In this document: piece after piece, positions 1 to 10,589 of the stretch
How positions within the stretch are numbered: position 1 is the stretch's first letter
Layout: every line of letters starts with the position of its first letter
Origin: Candidatus Oxydemutatoraceae bacterium
GTDB taxonomy: Bacteria; Pseudomonadota; Gammaproteobacteria; Poriferisulfidales; Oxydemutatoraceae
Reading direction: 5' to 3'
Length of the DNA: 64,000 nt
NCBI GenBank assembly: GCA_965219575.1
Contig: OZ244779.1
Coordinates: 2,156,769-2,220,768 of the forward strand
Made by a program: the position numbers and the translations under genes
The notes under the pieces: generated by a model
The model's database searches: none
What the model was told of the DNA's origin: nothing
The model's input: the letters and a program-made list of their open reading frames with translations, nothing else

Positions 1-491
1 ATTAGGTGTCGCGCCGGCAACATCAACGGTTTGCTTGAAAAAACACCTTGTAGTTTCCCGAACGCAACGATCGAACCGGTGAAGGTTATCGCACCGATGA
101 ATACGCCCAAATATATTTCCGTCGAGTGTATATTGCGTTCAACGCCGGTATATTGAATTGTCGGGTCCAGATAATTTGCATAACCCACCAATACCGCCGC
201 AATCCCGACAAAGCTATGCAACAAAGCAACCAGTTGCGGCATCTGCACCATTTCGACTCGACCGGCGACAAAAGCACCTATCGCCGCACCGACAAGCATA
301 ACCGGTAACAGATACTCCCAGCGTATTACCGCTAATGCCGCCAAAGTCATCGTCAAGGCAATGATCATTCCGGCGATGCCGAATAAATTCCCACGGCGGG
401 CGGTTTCTTGGTGGCTCAATCCACCCAAACTCAAGATAAAAAATACGCCGGCGATGACGTACGACATCGTAATCAATCCTTGACTAATCAT
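1..491 (-). CDS. pntB: NAD(P) transhydrogenase beta subunit (N-terminal part; runs off the window start)
   Basis: Manual translation from the ATG at 491 gives MISQGLITMSYVIAGVFFILSLGGLSHQETARRGNLFGIAGM, a typical PntB N-terminus. Lies directly downstream of pntA. Confidence 0.93.
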   Translation of the reverse strand, partial: MISQGLITMSYVIAGVFFILSLGGLSHQETARRGNLFGIAGMIIALTMTLAALAVIRWEYLLPVMLVGAAIGAFVAGRVEMVQMPQLVALLHSFVGIAAVLVGYANYLDPTIQYTGVERNIHSTEIYLGVFIGAITFTGSIVAFGKLQGVFSSKPLMLPARHL

Positions 492-505
492 CGTCTGTAG
501 ATCTC

Positions 506-2053
506 TTAACTCTTACGGAACATCTTCAACATTCGGTGGGTAACCAAAAATCCGCCGGCAACATTAATCATCGCAACGAACGCCGCAACGATAGCCAACC
601 ATAAAACAACCGAAGTCGTACTGACGGTTTGAACCAAAGCCCCGATGATGATAATTCCGCTGATCGCATTGGTAACACTCATCAACGGCGTATGGAGTGC
701 CGGTGTGACATTCCAAATCACCTGCCAGCCTACGAAACAGGCAAGCACAAATACGGTGAAATGCGCCATAAACGACTCGGGGGCTACCTGCCCCAGAGCC
801 AACAAAGCACCTCCGCCGATGACTAAATACAGCAAAGTCTTGAGTAATCTTTTACGCGGCGACTCGGTGCTTCGCTCGGCGATAACTTCGGCCGCTTTGG
901 GCTTGGGCGGCGGGGGCGGGGATGGTTGTGCGCTTGCGGGCGGTGGCCAGAGTATCTCGGCTTTATGCGTTATTATCATACCGCGTACGATTTGATCTTC
1001 CAAGTCAATGACCAATTTGCCGTCCTTCTCCGGAGTCATATCGCTGAGCAGGTGTTGTATGTTGGCAGCGTAAAAACGACTCGATTGGGATGCCATACGG
1101 CTCGGGAGGTTGCTGTATCCGATAATCGTAACTTCGTGCTTGACTACCGCCTTATCGGCTTCGGTCAATTCGCAATTACCACCTTGCTCGGCAGCAAGGT
1201 CGACGATCACGCTACCGGCTTTCAACGCCTTAACCGCATCTTCGCTAATCAGTTGCGGTGCGGGTTTGCCGGGAATCAATGCGGTAGTGACGATAATATC
1301 GACTTCTTCGGCTTGCTCCAAAAAGAGTTCACGCTCGGCTTGCAGAAATGCATCGCTCATTTGTTTGGCATAACCACCGCTGCCGCTGCCCAACTCTTCC
1401 ATATCGATCGTTAGGAATTCGGCACCCATACTTTCTATTTGCTGTGCGACTTCGGGACGCGTATCGAAGGCGCGCACGATAGCCCCCATAGAACGCGCCG
1501 CACCTATTGCGGCAAGACCGGCAACACCGGCACCGATGACCAATACTTTAGCGGGTGCTGCTCGCCCCGCTGCAGTGCTTTGTCCGCCGAAGAAACGGGT
1601 AAAGTGATTTGCCGCTTCCACCACTGCGCGATAACCCGCAATATTTGACATCGAACTCAATGCATCGAGCTTTTGCGCACGAGTGATACGCGGCACTTGA
1701 TCCATCGCCAATACCGTCGCACCTCGAGCTTTAAGTTTCTCTAACAGTTCTTTGTTTTGCGCCGGCCAGATAAAACAGATCAACACCGTATCGGTAGCGA
1801 TTAATTCGGCTTCTTGCGGTGTAGGTCCCTGGACTTTTAATATGATGTCGCTTTGCTGCCAAAGCACGCTCGCATCGGATGCTATCTCGGCACCGGCTTC
1901 TTTGTAGACATCGTCGCCGAAGTCGGCTGCCTCGCCGGCACCCTGTTCGACAACGACCTGATAACCCAGTTTGACGAAATGACCTATGCTGTCCGGAGAT
2001 GCAGCGACGCGATGCTCCCCGGCCTGAATTTCTTTTAGGACTGCTATTTTCAC
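506..2053 (-). CDS. pntA: NAD(P) transhydrogenase alpha subunit
   Basis: [45 protein letters not shown] and the C-terminal membrane segment [15 protein letters not shown]. Confidence 0.97.
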   Translation of the reverse strand: MKIAVLKEIQAGEHRVAASPDSIGHFVKLGYQVVVEQGAGEAADFGDDVYKEAGAEIASDASVLWQQSDIILKVQGPTPQEAELIATDTVLICFIWPAQNKELLEKLKARGATVLAMDQVPRITRAQKLDALSSMSNIAGYRAVVEAANHFTRFFGGQSTAAGRAAPAKVLVIGAGVAGLAAIGAARSMGAIVRAFDTRPEVAQQIESMGAEFLTIDMEELGSGSGGYAKQMSDAFLQAERELFLEQAEEVDIIVTTALIPGKPAPQLISEDAVKALKAGSVIVDLAAEQGGNCELTEADKAVVKHEVTIIGYSNLPSRMASQSSRFYAANIQHLLSDMTPEKDGKLVIDLEDQIVRGMIITHKAEILWPPPASAQPSPPPPPKPKAAEVIAERSTESPRKRLLKTLLYLVIGGGALLALGQVAPESFMAHFTVFVLACFVGWQVIWNVTPALHTPLMSVTNAISGIIIIGALVQTVSTTSVVLWLAIVAAFVAMINVAGGFLVTHRMLKMFRKS

Positions 2054-2289
2054 TTTGCTTAGAATTGATTGGGATTAGAGACGCATATAATAATCTAAAA
2101 TGCGATTAATACCAAACCACTATCCCTAAATCCGCAAAAGAATTATCCCTTGCTGTAAAGACCCAGCAGAAGATAAGCGATGTGTTCGGCCGGTGGACGC
2201 TACCGATACGAAATTGGATACCGGTGACCTTCCCCCATCTTGAGGGTCCAAACTTAAATGAAATTTGTATTATTACGGTATAGCTTTCA

Positions 2290-2560
2290 AGGATGAGGTG
2301 GCTTTTTCAACAGTCCCACGACACAACCACCCCGTCAGGCTGAATAGAACCGCCGATTGAACCAGTAGGTCAATCGGCGTGACTTTGTTCAGAACCTCAA
2401 CATGACTGCTAAACGCATACATTGCAAAATGCATAAGCCACCCCTCCACAGGAGGGGAATGTACCGTCCCTATAGTTCGTGGATACTTTTTCAACAGCCC
2501 TGCGCAGCGACCATCCCGTCAAGCAGAGCTTGCCGCTCCTACAAGGAGGGGAAGGGGCTG
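2290..2560. repeat. Mosaic intergenic repeat (MITE/REP-like), copy 1
   Basis: Two TTTTCAACAG(T/C)CCC end motifs (ending ~2317 and 2500), ACCACCCCGTCAGGCT, a GCCGATTGA..TCAATCGGC hairpin and a CCCCTCC..GGAGGGG hairpin. 2437-2500 closely matches the reverse complement of 24976-25035. Boundaries approximate. Confidence 0.8.
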
Positions 2561-2577
2561 CCACTACGCAGGCGCGC

Positions 2578-3330
2578 TCACATATCGGTTAAACCGACAG
2601 AATATCGCCTTAAATAAGCCCTCACTCCGGTAATATAGCGTCTGCTCAGATGTAGTTTATCGTTGGTACATTTAAGTCTCAACTTCAACCGTTGATCGTC
2701 GTCTCGACTCAGGCTTTTCATATAAACTTTGTTTACCAAAGTACTACGGTGCACTCTCATCAGAATATCGCTAAACTCTTGTTCTAGATCCTTTAGCGTT
2801 TCGCTTATCAGATGCGACCCGTCGATATGTTTTACCATAGTATATTTTTGTTCGCTCCTGAAGTAAATGATATCCTCCAGTGAGACTAACTCCAACTGAT
2901 TGGCGATGCGACAGTAGATATGACTGCGGCACTCCCGCCCGTATAGTCCTACTTCTTTAACACCTCTAATGTTGTCGGGTTGCCGCAACTGTTCCAGTTT
3001 TTCTTTGAGCTGATGGCGCGCGATAGGCTTCAATAGAAATCCTTTGGCGTTCACTTCAAAAGCGGAGAGCGCATGCTGGCGATAAGCCGTGGTGAAAACG
3101 ATCTGCGGCGAGTTGGTGTTTTTGTTCATGTGTCTCGCCGCCTCTAGGCCATCCATTACCGGCATGTGGATATCCATTAGTACCACATCTATATCCAAGA
3201 TGTTTGCTTTTTCGACGGCGTCGAGACCGTTGTAAGCACAAGCCCTGACATAACAACCCGGTATCTCCGATACAAGTTGAATGAGTCTATCGCATGCGTG
3301 TTTTTCGTCATCTACTATCATGATATTCAT
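2578..3330 (-). CDS. LytTR-family response regulator (AlgR-like)
   Basis: Receiver domain (IVDDE, MDIHMPVMDGL, FTTAY, LLKP) plus LytTR domain (IIYFRSEQKYT, RVHRSTLVN, LSRR). Confidence 0.92.
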   Translation of the reverse strand: MNIMIVDDEKHACDRLIQLVSEIPGCYVRACAYNGLDAVEKANILDIDVVLMDIHMPVMDGLEAARHMNKNTNSPQIVFTTAYRQHALSAFEVNAKGFLLKPIARHQLKEKLEQLRQPDNIRGVKEVGLYGRECRSHIYCRIANQLELVSLEDIIYFRSEQKYTMVKHIDGSHLISETLKDLEQEFSDILMRVHRSTLVNKVYMKSLSRDDDQRLKLRLKCTNDKLHLSRRYITGVRAYLRRYSVGLTDM

Positions 3331-4367
3331 TATCTTAAACCTCCTTTAGGTATATTAATTGTTACTTCATATTCCGTTTCGCATTGTTCTCTCTTGAAGC
3401 TGAAATCATCTCCGTAGACAAGTGCCAAACGACGTTCTATATTTGTCTGCGCAACGTGATTACTTTTGCGCAGGTTATTGCTACCCAAGCTATTGCGATG
3501 CGGCGAATTCGAAGGTCGGGCATTATCGATAGGATTACAGACTTGAATGACTAGGCGACTCTTTACGGTGTATAAAGATATCGCCACGGTACCGCCTCCG
3601 ACAATATTCTCTATGCCGTGATAAATTGCATTTTCAACGAGCGGTTGTAGGATAAACGCCGGCACCTTGATGGCAATGTCCGTATTGCGATCAAGAAACC
3701 AGCTAACCTGTAATCGCTCCTCGAGCCTGTATTTTTCTATTTCTAAGTAACACTTCACCGAAGCCAACTCCTCCTCCAAACTAATATAGGTATCTAGGAA
3801 CAACATCTTCCTCAATAAACTTGCGAGTTTCTCTAGATTAACCTGAGCCGACGCAGGATTTTCCTGAATCCGACAAACGGTAGTATTTAGGGTGTTGAAT
3901 AGAAAATGGTGGCGGATTTGGTTGAATAATTGAAGCGGTTCTCTCTTCAACATTGCCCTCAGCCAATTCTTGAACCCATAGAGTAATACGACGCTCAATA
4001 GTCCGTCTATAATCGCAACGGCAACGGAATTGAGTTTCATCGCAGGGGCAAACTCAAGAATCGCCGTCAACCCGATAAAAGCCTCGACTACCGAGTAGGT
4101 CGATAAACCGGTAATAACGGCACAACTTATATAGACTATAACTTGCGAAGAATGACGATGTATATGCCAAATACAAACCGCTTTCAAGCAGGACGTGATC
4201 TGTAGCATCAAAACTAAAGCCGAATAAACGGCGATGGTGCGGAGGTTCCAGTCTTGTATCGTTAAGCCTAGAAAGGCTGCTTCAAATAACGCGACTATGC
4301 AGAATAAGGCAACAAAAATAGGTATACTTGAAGATGTTTTATTTTCATTCGTTCCAATCCCCCTCAT
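3330..4367 (-). CDS. LytS-family sensor histidine kinase (AlgZ/FimS-like)
   Basis: N-terminal TM helices, HFLFNTLN, SLEEEL..YLEIEKYRL and LQPLVENAIYHG. Stop overlaps the regulator's start codon. Confidence 0.9.
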   Translation of the reverse strand: MRGIGTNENKTSSSIPIFVALFCIVALFEAAFLGLTIQDWNLRTIAVYSALVLMLQITSCLKAVCIWHIHRHSSQVIVYISCAVITGLSTYSVVEAFIGLTAILEFAPAMKLNSVAVAIIDGLLSVVLLYGFKNWLRAMLKREPLQLFNQIRHHFLFNTLNTTVCRIQENPASAQVNLEKLASLLRKMLFLDTYISLEEELASVKCYLEIEKYRLEERLQVSWFLDRNTDIAIKVPAFILQPLVENAIYHGIENIVGGGTVAISLYTVKSRLVIQVCNPIDNARPSNSPHRNSLGSNNLRKSNHVAQTNIERRLALVYGDDFSFKREQCETEYEVTINIPKGGLR

Positions 4368-4686
4368 GATCCTTCTCCTAACTACACAGTTATTCGGTAT
4401 CTATAAGGCAGATGCACAGAATGTTGCAGCAGACCTTGCCAAAAGTTAAGCAACGCAATAAAGCATATCGCCTAACTTTATAACTTGTATAGGATAATCG
4501 TTTATCGATTGCAAGGGAATATACCCTCGTCTAAAAAAAATTAAAGCGGATAATAGGAAAAATTTAATTAAAGACGACTGGCAGTTTTTGAAACCTGTTC
4601 TTCATTGCATTCATCAAAAAATTAATTTTTTTAAGTTGCAATTTATCGATGCGGGAACGGCAACTCGGCATATTGCTCGTACATAG

Positions 4687-4879
4687 TGTTGAAAAAGTGC
4701 CGGTATCGCAAAAAACCAGCCGCTTGCGCCGTTTGGTTTTGGTTTCCATAAATTGGATGGATGAATTGTGCAGGCGTGACGCGTTTCGCGCAGAACAAAG
4801 CTGCCGATTAAGCCAGTAGGTTAATCGGCGTGGCATTGTGCAAGACCCCAGCGACCACCCCGTCAGGCTAAGCCTGCCG
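4687..4879. repeat. Mosaic intergenic repeat, copy 2
   Basis: TGTTGAAAAAGT end motif. Core CCGCTTGCGCCGTTTGGTTTTGGTTTCCATAAAT is shared with ~31790 and ~62920. The GCCGATTAA..TTAATCGGC hairpin and CAGCGACCACCCCGTCAGGCT are shared with ~2325 and, inverted, with ~25040. Confidence 0.8.
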
Positions 4880-4892
4880 ATAAAGCACTACG

Positions 4893-5558
4893 CTACGGAT
4901 ATATAAGTTCCGCTCTACGATTGAACTTGAATGCCGCTTCGGTATTACCTTCAACCGCCGGGTGCTCTTCGCCGAAACTAATCACCGAAATACGCGAACC
5001 GTCTATACCATTCGCCTCCAACACGGTACGCACCGCACTCGCTCGATATTCTCCCAGTGCCAGATTATAGCCACTGGTGCCGCGTTGATCGGCATGTCCT
5101 TCTATGCGCAATATAACCTCGGGGTTTGCCTGCATGAAACGGGCATGACGCGATAGTATTTCTCGGGCATCCGCTTTGACTTCCGACTTGTTGAAATCAA
5201 AATAGATAACCGTATATCTAAGCACCGGGTCGGCATCCGCCTCTTCTAAGTAAGTGACATCTTTAGAGCTACCGGGGTCGTTGCCGTATAGCTGCTCTAC
5301 GGTGCCGGCGATATCGGCACTATAAGGCTCAATATCGATCGGCCGGGTTACGGGTTCGGAAATCTCTTCTGCGATAGGTTCATCGATGGTTTCGCCGATG
5401 GTTTCGCCGGTGGTTTCATCGGTGGTTTCGTCGGAAACTGCATCTTGTTCCAAATCTTGGGCAGGTTCAAATTCCACTTGTGTAGTGCCTGCACAGGCAC
5501 TTAAAAGTACGGCGAACCACAGCAATACAAAAATATTTGTTAGATACGATTTATACAT
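4893..5558 (-). CDS. pal: OmpA-family peptidoglycan-associated lipoprotein (Pal-like) with long acidic linker
   Basis: Lipobox LLSAC; IYFDFNKSEV, IEGHADQRGTSGYNLALGEYRA, ISFGEEHP, NRRAEL. Start placed at MYKSY; the ORF extends to 5585. Confidence 0.85.
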   Translation of the reverse strand: MYKSYLTNIFVLLWFAVLLSACAGTTQVEFEPAQDLEQDAVSDETTDETTGETIGETIDEPIAEEISEPVTRPIDIEPYSADIAGTVEQLYGNDPGSSKDVTYLEEADADPVLRYTVIYFDFNKSEVKADAREILSRHARFMQANPEVILRIEGHADQRGTSGYNLALGEYRASAVRTVLEANGIDGSRISVISFGEEHPAVEGNTEAAFKFNRRAELIYP

Positions 5559-5597
5559 AATTATCCTCTCATTATTAAGCTTCAAAACTCTACTATT

Positions 5598-6758
5598 CTA
5601 ATCTACCTGCTTGCGCAGAAATGCCGGAATATCGAGCAAATTATCATATTTATCGTCTTCGGATTCGGGCTTGGACGATGCCGGCGATTGAGACTCTTCG
5701 GCGGATAATACGCTGCCACCTTTTATGGTTTTGAGCGACACCGGTTCGGATTCTATCCCTAAATCGGCATCGGCAATCGCATCGCTTGCTACTTCCTCCT
5801 CGGCTTCTATACCGGTTGCAATCACCGTGATACGCAAGGTGTCTCCCATAGACTCATCGTGTACAATGCCCATTTTGAAGTTGGCATCGCCGTCGGTTAG
5901 CTCCTTAAAGCTCATGCCTATCTCTTGAGCCTCTCCGATTTTTATGTTGGCACTGCTGATATTGACGAGTAGGCCGCGCACATTATTCAAGTCCATGTCT
6001 TCGAGTAAAGGATTTTGAATGGCAGCGAGCATCGCTTCGTTTGAACGCCCTTCGCCTTCCGCCGTGCCCGAGCTAATCATCGCTCTACCCGGTTCGGACA
6101 TCACCGCCTTTATATCGGCAAAATCGAGATTGATAGAACCTTTGCGAGTAATCAACTCGGCGATGCCTTGCACCGCCCCGTAAAGCACATCGTGCGCTTT
6201 ATCCATAGTGGTCTGAAATTCGGTATCGGGACCGAGTACCGAACACAGCTTTTCGTTGGATATAACGATCAGCGAATCAACATATCCGCTTAACTCGTCG
6301 ATGCTTTGCTCGGCAATTTCCATACGTCTAGCCTGCTCGTATTCAAAAGGTTTGACCACCACCGCAACGGTCAATGCTCCATGCTCTTTTGCAATTTGTG
6401 CAATCACCGGTGCGGCACCGCTACCGGTACCGCCACCCATACCTGCGGTAATGAACACCATATCGGTTTTCTCGATGATTTGACGTATTTGCTCGGCGTT
6501 TTCCTTTGCCGCATTGCACCCCACTTCGGGATTGCCGCCGGCACCCAAACCTTTGGTTAAGTCGGCTCCCAGCTGCAAGCAGGTTGCTCTGCTACTCGAC
6601 AGAGCCTGCGTATCGGTATTGGCACAGATAAACTCGACACCCTCGAGATTTTTGGACATCATATAGTTGACGGTATTACCGCCACACCCGCCGACACCGA
6701 TTACTTTGATAACGACACCCTCGGTTTTTTTGTCTTCCACGAGTTCAAATTCAAGCAT
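5598..6758 (-). CDS. ftsZ: Cell division GTPase FtsZ
   Basis: IKVIGVGGCGGN, AGMGGGTGSGAAP, INLDFADIK and C-terminal LDIPAFLRKQ. Confidence 0.97.
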   Translation of the reverse strand: MLEFELVEDKKTEGVVIKVIGVGGCGGNTVNYMMSKNLEGVEFICANTDTQALSSSRATCLQLGADLTKGLGAGGNPEVGCNAAKENAEQIRQIIEKTDMVFITAGMGGGTGSGAAPVIAQIAKEHGALTVAVVVKPFEYEQARRMEIAEQSIDELSGYVDSLIVISNEKLCSVLGPDTEFQTTMDKAHDVLYGAVQGIAELITRKGSINLDFADIKAVMSEPGRAMISSGTAEGEGRSNEAMLAAIQNPLLEDMDLNNVRGLLVNISSANIKIGEAQEIGMSFKELTDGDANFKMGIVHDESMGDTLRITVIATGIEAEEEVASDAIADADLGIESEPVSLKTIKGGSVLSAEESQSPASSKPESEDDKYDNLLDIPAFLRKQVD

Positions 6759-6789
6759 TTTATTTCTCCTATAAGTTAAAAGGATCGGA

Positions 6790-8007
6790 TCAATATTGGT
6801 TTTGAAACCAACGCTTCGCTTTTAGTAAAGCAATTTTTAGACGACTGCGCTCCGGCTTATCGACTCCCGCGTATAGGGTTGAATCCTTTGCGTAGAGTAA
6901 TAAACCGAAACCGGTCGCATAAATCGGGTCTTTGAGATTGTCGGTGGTTTTTTTGAGTTGTTGGGGACTGCCCACACGCACCGGCATATCAAAAAAATCT
7001 CTGGCTAAATCGCAAACCCCCTCTAGTTTAGAACCGCCGCCGGTTAGCACGATACCGGCGACCACATCCTGCTTGAAATTTTTCTGTATATGTTCTCGTG
7101 TTAGTTTGAAAATTTCATCGTACCGAGCTTCTATAACCTCTGCCAGAATTTCTCGTTTACAATTTATCGCCTCGTTGTCATGTGACAATGTATGCACTTC
7201 TATGGTTTCGTTGATATTTTTGATGCACGCCTTGGTGCATCCGTACTTGAGCTTTATCTCCTCGGCGTAGTTCGGAGGTGTGCGCAGAACTTTTGCGATA
7301 TCGTTGCTTACATGGTCGCCGGCAACCGGGATAATCCCGATGTCTATAATTTCTCCCTCGGTATAAATCGCAATATCGGTAGTGCCGCCACCTATGTCTA
7401 TCATACAAACACCCAATTCGCGTTCGTCGGTGGTCAACACCGCCATCCCCGAGGCTACCGGTTCGAGTACCATGTCGTTTATATTGATCCCGCATCGTTC
7501 TACGCAGTTTCTAATATTACGTATTTGATACTTGCCGCCGGTAATCATATAGACTTTTGCTTCCAGGCGACGGCCTGCCATGCCTTCGGGATTTCTGATC
7601 CCGGACTCGCCGTCTATCTTAAATTCTCGGGGAAAGGTATGCAAAATTTCTTGATCACTTGCAACCGGTATCGATTTAGCGGTTTCAACCGCGTTATTCA
7701 TATCAAACTCCGAGACTTCGCCGCTGTGTATCGGTGCTGCATCCTCGCTCAATATGCCGCGAATATGTTCACCGGAAATCCCCACATAAGCCGAAATTAT
7801 CCTCTCCTTCTCGTCGAGCATGAGTTCGGCTGCCTGTATGGAATTTTGTATAGAGCCGACCATTTGTTCTATGTCAATCACTATTCCCTTTCTCATCCCT
7901 TTAGACGGACAAACCCCGGAAGCGAGAATTTTAAGCGCACCATCCTCTTCTATATCGGCGACCAAAGTTGCAATTTTGTTGGTTCCTATATCGATCCCGG
8001 CTAACAT
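6790..8007 (-). CDS. ftsA: Cell division protein FtsA
   Basis: GIDIGTNKI, GMRKGIVIDI, IDIGGGTTDI, GIVLTGGGS. Start trimmed to the ATG at 8007, which overlaps the ftsQ stop. Confidence 0.95.
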   Translation of the reverse strand: MLAGIDIGTNKIATLVADIEEDGALKILASGVCPSKGMRKGIVIDIEQMVGSIQNSIQAAELMLDEKERIISAYVGISGEHIRGILSEDAAPIHSGEVSEFDMNNAVETAKSIPVASDQEILHTFPREFKIDGESGIRNPEGMAGRRLEAKVYMITGGKYQIRNIRNCVERCGININDMVLEPVASGMAVLTTDERELGVCMIDIGGGTTDIAIYTEGEIIDIGIIPVAGDHVSNDIAKVLRTPPNYAEEIKLKYGCTKACIKNINETIEVHTLSHDNEAINCKREILAEVIEARYDEIFKLTREHIQKNFKQDVVAGIVLTGGGSKLEGVCDLARDFFDMPVRVGSPQQLKKTTDNLKDPIYATGFGLLLYAKDSTLYAGVDKPERSRLKIALLKAKRWFQNQY

Positions 8008-8774
8008 GACTGCAACCCCCGGTCTTTTTTCCAACGCACCGCAAAACCGTCCAAGTATCTCAGATCTATACATGCAACACGATGCATATAATCGACAAAA
8101 CCGGCTCGGTAAGCGGCTAAAAATCTTTCGATGCGCCGTTTGAAGAGATGCCTGCCTAAAATTAGGCGCGGTGCATCCTCCAACTGCACGGTATAAGTGC
8201 GACTTCGATCCTCTCTCAAGTGAATTATGCGCAGACCGGCGGGAGCCAACCAATCGGTCAACTGTCGGTAAAAATCGAGCAAGTGCTTCTCACGACCCGC
8301 CGCCGCATCGAATATAGGTAAATTGTCGTTATCGGTTAAACGCGGTCTAAACACCGCACCACTCTTATCCAACAAAGCCTGCCCTCCCCAATACGCAACC
8401 GCTTTGCGCTCTTGTATGGTCAGAACCAGTGTGTCGTCGCGCCAGCTGCGTTGAATTAGAACATTCTTAACCCACGGCAAATCTTTCAGTAATTTTGCTA
8501 TCACATCCATCTCGTCCCGGCCTACGGAATGACCCAAAAAGGGAGACAACAACTGCTCTATTTCAAAGCGATCTATGCGCCTATATTCGCCTTCCACGCG
8601 CACCTGACTAATCTCCTTGAATAACAATCTATCCCAGTCTACATCGAGTTGCTTCGCCACGACTAAAATTGCAACAACGGCAAAAGTCAATATGCCGTAC
8701 TGAAGGTATCGTGCAAGCCGATATCTTGAAGACTTAGGCTTGCGGTATTGCATGCACGACGCCGAGTGGTTCAT
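8001..8774 (-). CDS. ftsQ: Cell division protein FtsQ
   Basis: Single TM, POTRA-like LPWVKNVLIQRSW, C-terminal IDLRYLDGFAVRW. Lies between ddl and ftsA. Confidence 0.93.
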   Translation of the reverse strand: MNHSASCMQYRKPKSSRYRLARYLQYGILTFAVVAILVVAKQLDVDWDRLLFKEISQVRVEGEYRRIDRFEIEQLLSPFLGHSVGRDEMDVIAKLLKDLPWVKNVLIQRSWRDDTLVLTIQERKAVAYWGGQALLDKSGAVFRPRLTDNDNLPIFDAAAGREKHLLDFYRQLTDWLAPAGLRIIHLREDRSRTYTVQLEDAPRLILGRHLFKRRIERFLAAYRAGFVDYMHRVACIDLRYLDGFAVRWKKDRGLQSC

Positions 8775-9688
8775 GGTTTCTCCTTTGTTGCCGTTGCCAA
8801 TATCTTCAGTACCAGTGAACCGAAATCTATGCCGGTAGCCTTAGCCGACATCGGCACTAAACTATGACTCGTGAGACCGGGTACGGTGTTGACCTCGAGT
8901 AACCAAAATTTACCTTCGGTGTCGCGCACGGCATCGACCCGTCCCCATCCTTCGACACCTAGAGATTTGCACGCATATAAACATAAGTTTTTCAACGCCT
9001 CGAGTGCCTGCGACGGCAATCCACAGGGACAATGATAACGCGTTGCGTCGTCTTCGTATTTTGCGGCATAGTCATAGAATACGCGAGATGTCTGCAACCT
9101 TATCGGCGGCAAGATTTTGTCTTCCAATAGGGGCACCGCATATTCGTCGCCCGTCACCCAAGCCTCTGCAAACAGTGTTTTTGAAACTTGCCGGGCGGCG
9201 GATAGTGCCTTGTCGAAATCGTCCCGATTTTCTACTTTAGAAACGCCTATACTCGAACCTTCGCATACCGGCTTTAGCGCAAAGGGTAGACCGATTTGCG
9301 CAACGATAGCTTCGATATCCGAAGGCGTGTCAACGACGACAAAAGGTGGTGTAGGCAATTTCTGCGATGCCCAAATTCGCTTGGTGGCAATTTTGTTCAT
9401 AGACAATGCCGAGGCGAGTACGCCGCTACCGGTGTACGGTATATCGAGCATTTCGAGCATACCCTGCAAAGTGCCGTCCTCTCCGCCTCGCCCGTGTATT
9501 GCAATAAAGGCATGATCATAACAACCGATCGACAAAGGCGATACGGTTTTCGGTCTGAGGTCATGGGCGATTGCGTCTACTTCCGATTCTCGCAATGCGG
9601 CAACCACCGCATTGCCGGTATCCAGAGAGATCGTTCTCTCCGACGACCATCCACCCATAAACACTCCGACTTTCCCGAACTCAGGCAC
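8771..9688 (-). CDS. ddlB: D-alanine--D-alanine ligase
   Basis: GGWSSERTISL, HGRGGEDGTLQG, EGSSIGV, LEVNTVPG. GTG start at 9688 overlaps the murB end. Confidence 0.95.
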   Translation of the reverse strand: MPEFGKVGVFMGGWSSERTISLDTGNAVVAALRESEVDAIAHDLRPKTVSPLSIGCYDHAFIAIHGRGGEDGTLQGMLEMLDIPYTGSGVLASALSMNKIATKRIWASQKLPTPPFVVVDTPSDIEAIVAQIGLPFALKPVCEGSSIGVSKVENRDDFDKALSAARQVSKTLFAEAWVTGDEYAVPLLEDKILPPIRLQTSRVFYDYAAKYEDDATRYHCPCGLPSQALEALKNLCLYACKSLGVEGWGRVDAVRDTEGKFWLLEVNTVPGLTSHSLVPMSAKATGIDFGSLVLKILATATKEKP

Positions 9689-10589
9689 GATGATCTCCGA
9701 CGATGACGACTTCCGGCTGTAGATGTACACCACTGCGTTCCTTGACGACAGCCTGAATGTGCGCAATCAATTGCTCTATATCGTTCGCCGTTGCCGAACC
9801 TTTGTTGACTATAAAATTTGCGTGTTTTTCCGAGACCATCGCATCACCGACGGTATACGACTTCAAGCCACATTCTTCGATAAGTTTTCCGGCGGAACCA
9901 CCCTGAAGATTTTTGAAAACAGAACCGCAAGTCGGTGCATTGGTAGGTTGAGTCCGATTACGCATCTCGAGATATGTTTTGAGCTGATCGCGTAGCTCGG
10001 CTTCGGCTTTTATTTTTTGAGGCCGTTTGAATTCGCTCGAAATAATACATTCATCGTCGAGCAAATCCACGAACCTATAACCGACATCGATCTCGCTGCG
10101 TGCCCGCTTTTTCCTCGTTCCTTGTCGATCGATGGTCTCGATCGCAACCGCATAATCCCAAATCTCGCTACCGAAAGCACCGGCATTCATCCTAAGCGCA
10201 CCCCCTAAAGTACCGGGGATACCCACCATAAACTCCAAGCCCGGCAAACCGTTATTGACATAAAAGCGCGCCAGTTTTGCACAGCTCGTACTCGCACCTG
10301 CGCAGATAATATCTTCGCCACGCTGTTCTATCCAATTAAAACCGCTGCCTAAACTGATTACGATTCCTTTGATGCCGCCATCTCGAACCAACACATTGCT
10401 ACCCAAACCCAAATAGAAAACCGGATAATCGGCAACGCAATATTTTAGAAAATAGCCGAGTGTGGCGACATCGTCGACCTTAAAAAAACAGTCGGCAGCA
10501 CCGCCGACACGCCATGTATTCAAACGTTTAAGGCTATGATCGAAATGTAAAGCACCTTTAAGATTTTCGGTGTCGCAGCGTAGCATCAT
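9681..10589 (-). CDS. murB: UDP-N-acetylenolpyruvoylglucosamine reductase
   Basis: NTWRVGGAA, LGLGSNVL, GIPGTLGGALRMNAGA, CGSVFKN, SEKHANF. ATGA overlap with the murC stop. Confidence 0.95.
   Translation of the reverse strand: MMLRCDTENLKGALHFDHSLKRLNTWRVGGAADCFFKVDDVATLGYFLKYCVADYPVFYLGLGSNVLVRDGGIKGIVISLGSGFNWIEQRGEDIICAGASTSCAKLARFYVNNGLPGLEFMVGIPGTLGGALRMNAGAFGSEIWDYAVAIETIDRQGTRKKRARSEIDVGYRFVDLLDDECIISSEFKRPQKIKAEAELRDQLKTYLEMRNRTQPTNAPTCGSVFKNLQGGSAGKLIEECGLKSYTVGDAMVSEKHANFIVNKGSATANDIEQLIAHIQAVVKERSGVHLQPEVVIVGDHRA

Noticed and set aside
6410-6445. FtsZ signature GGGTGSG (tubulin-like) instead of GGGTGTG
   Set aside because: A conservative variant within the FtsZ/tubulin family; the rest of the protein and its context are canonical.
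7192-8004. 270-aa plus-strand ORF and similar antisense ORFs across the dcw cluster
   Set aside because: They lie fully opposite well-supported genes and have no motifs.
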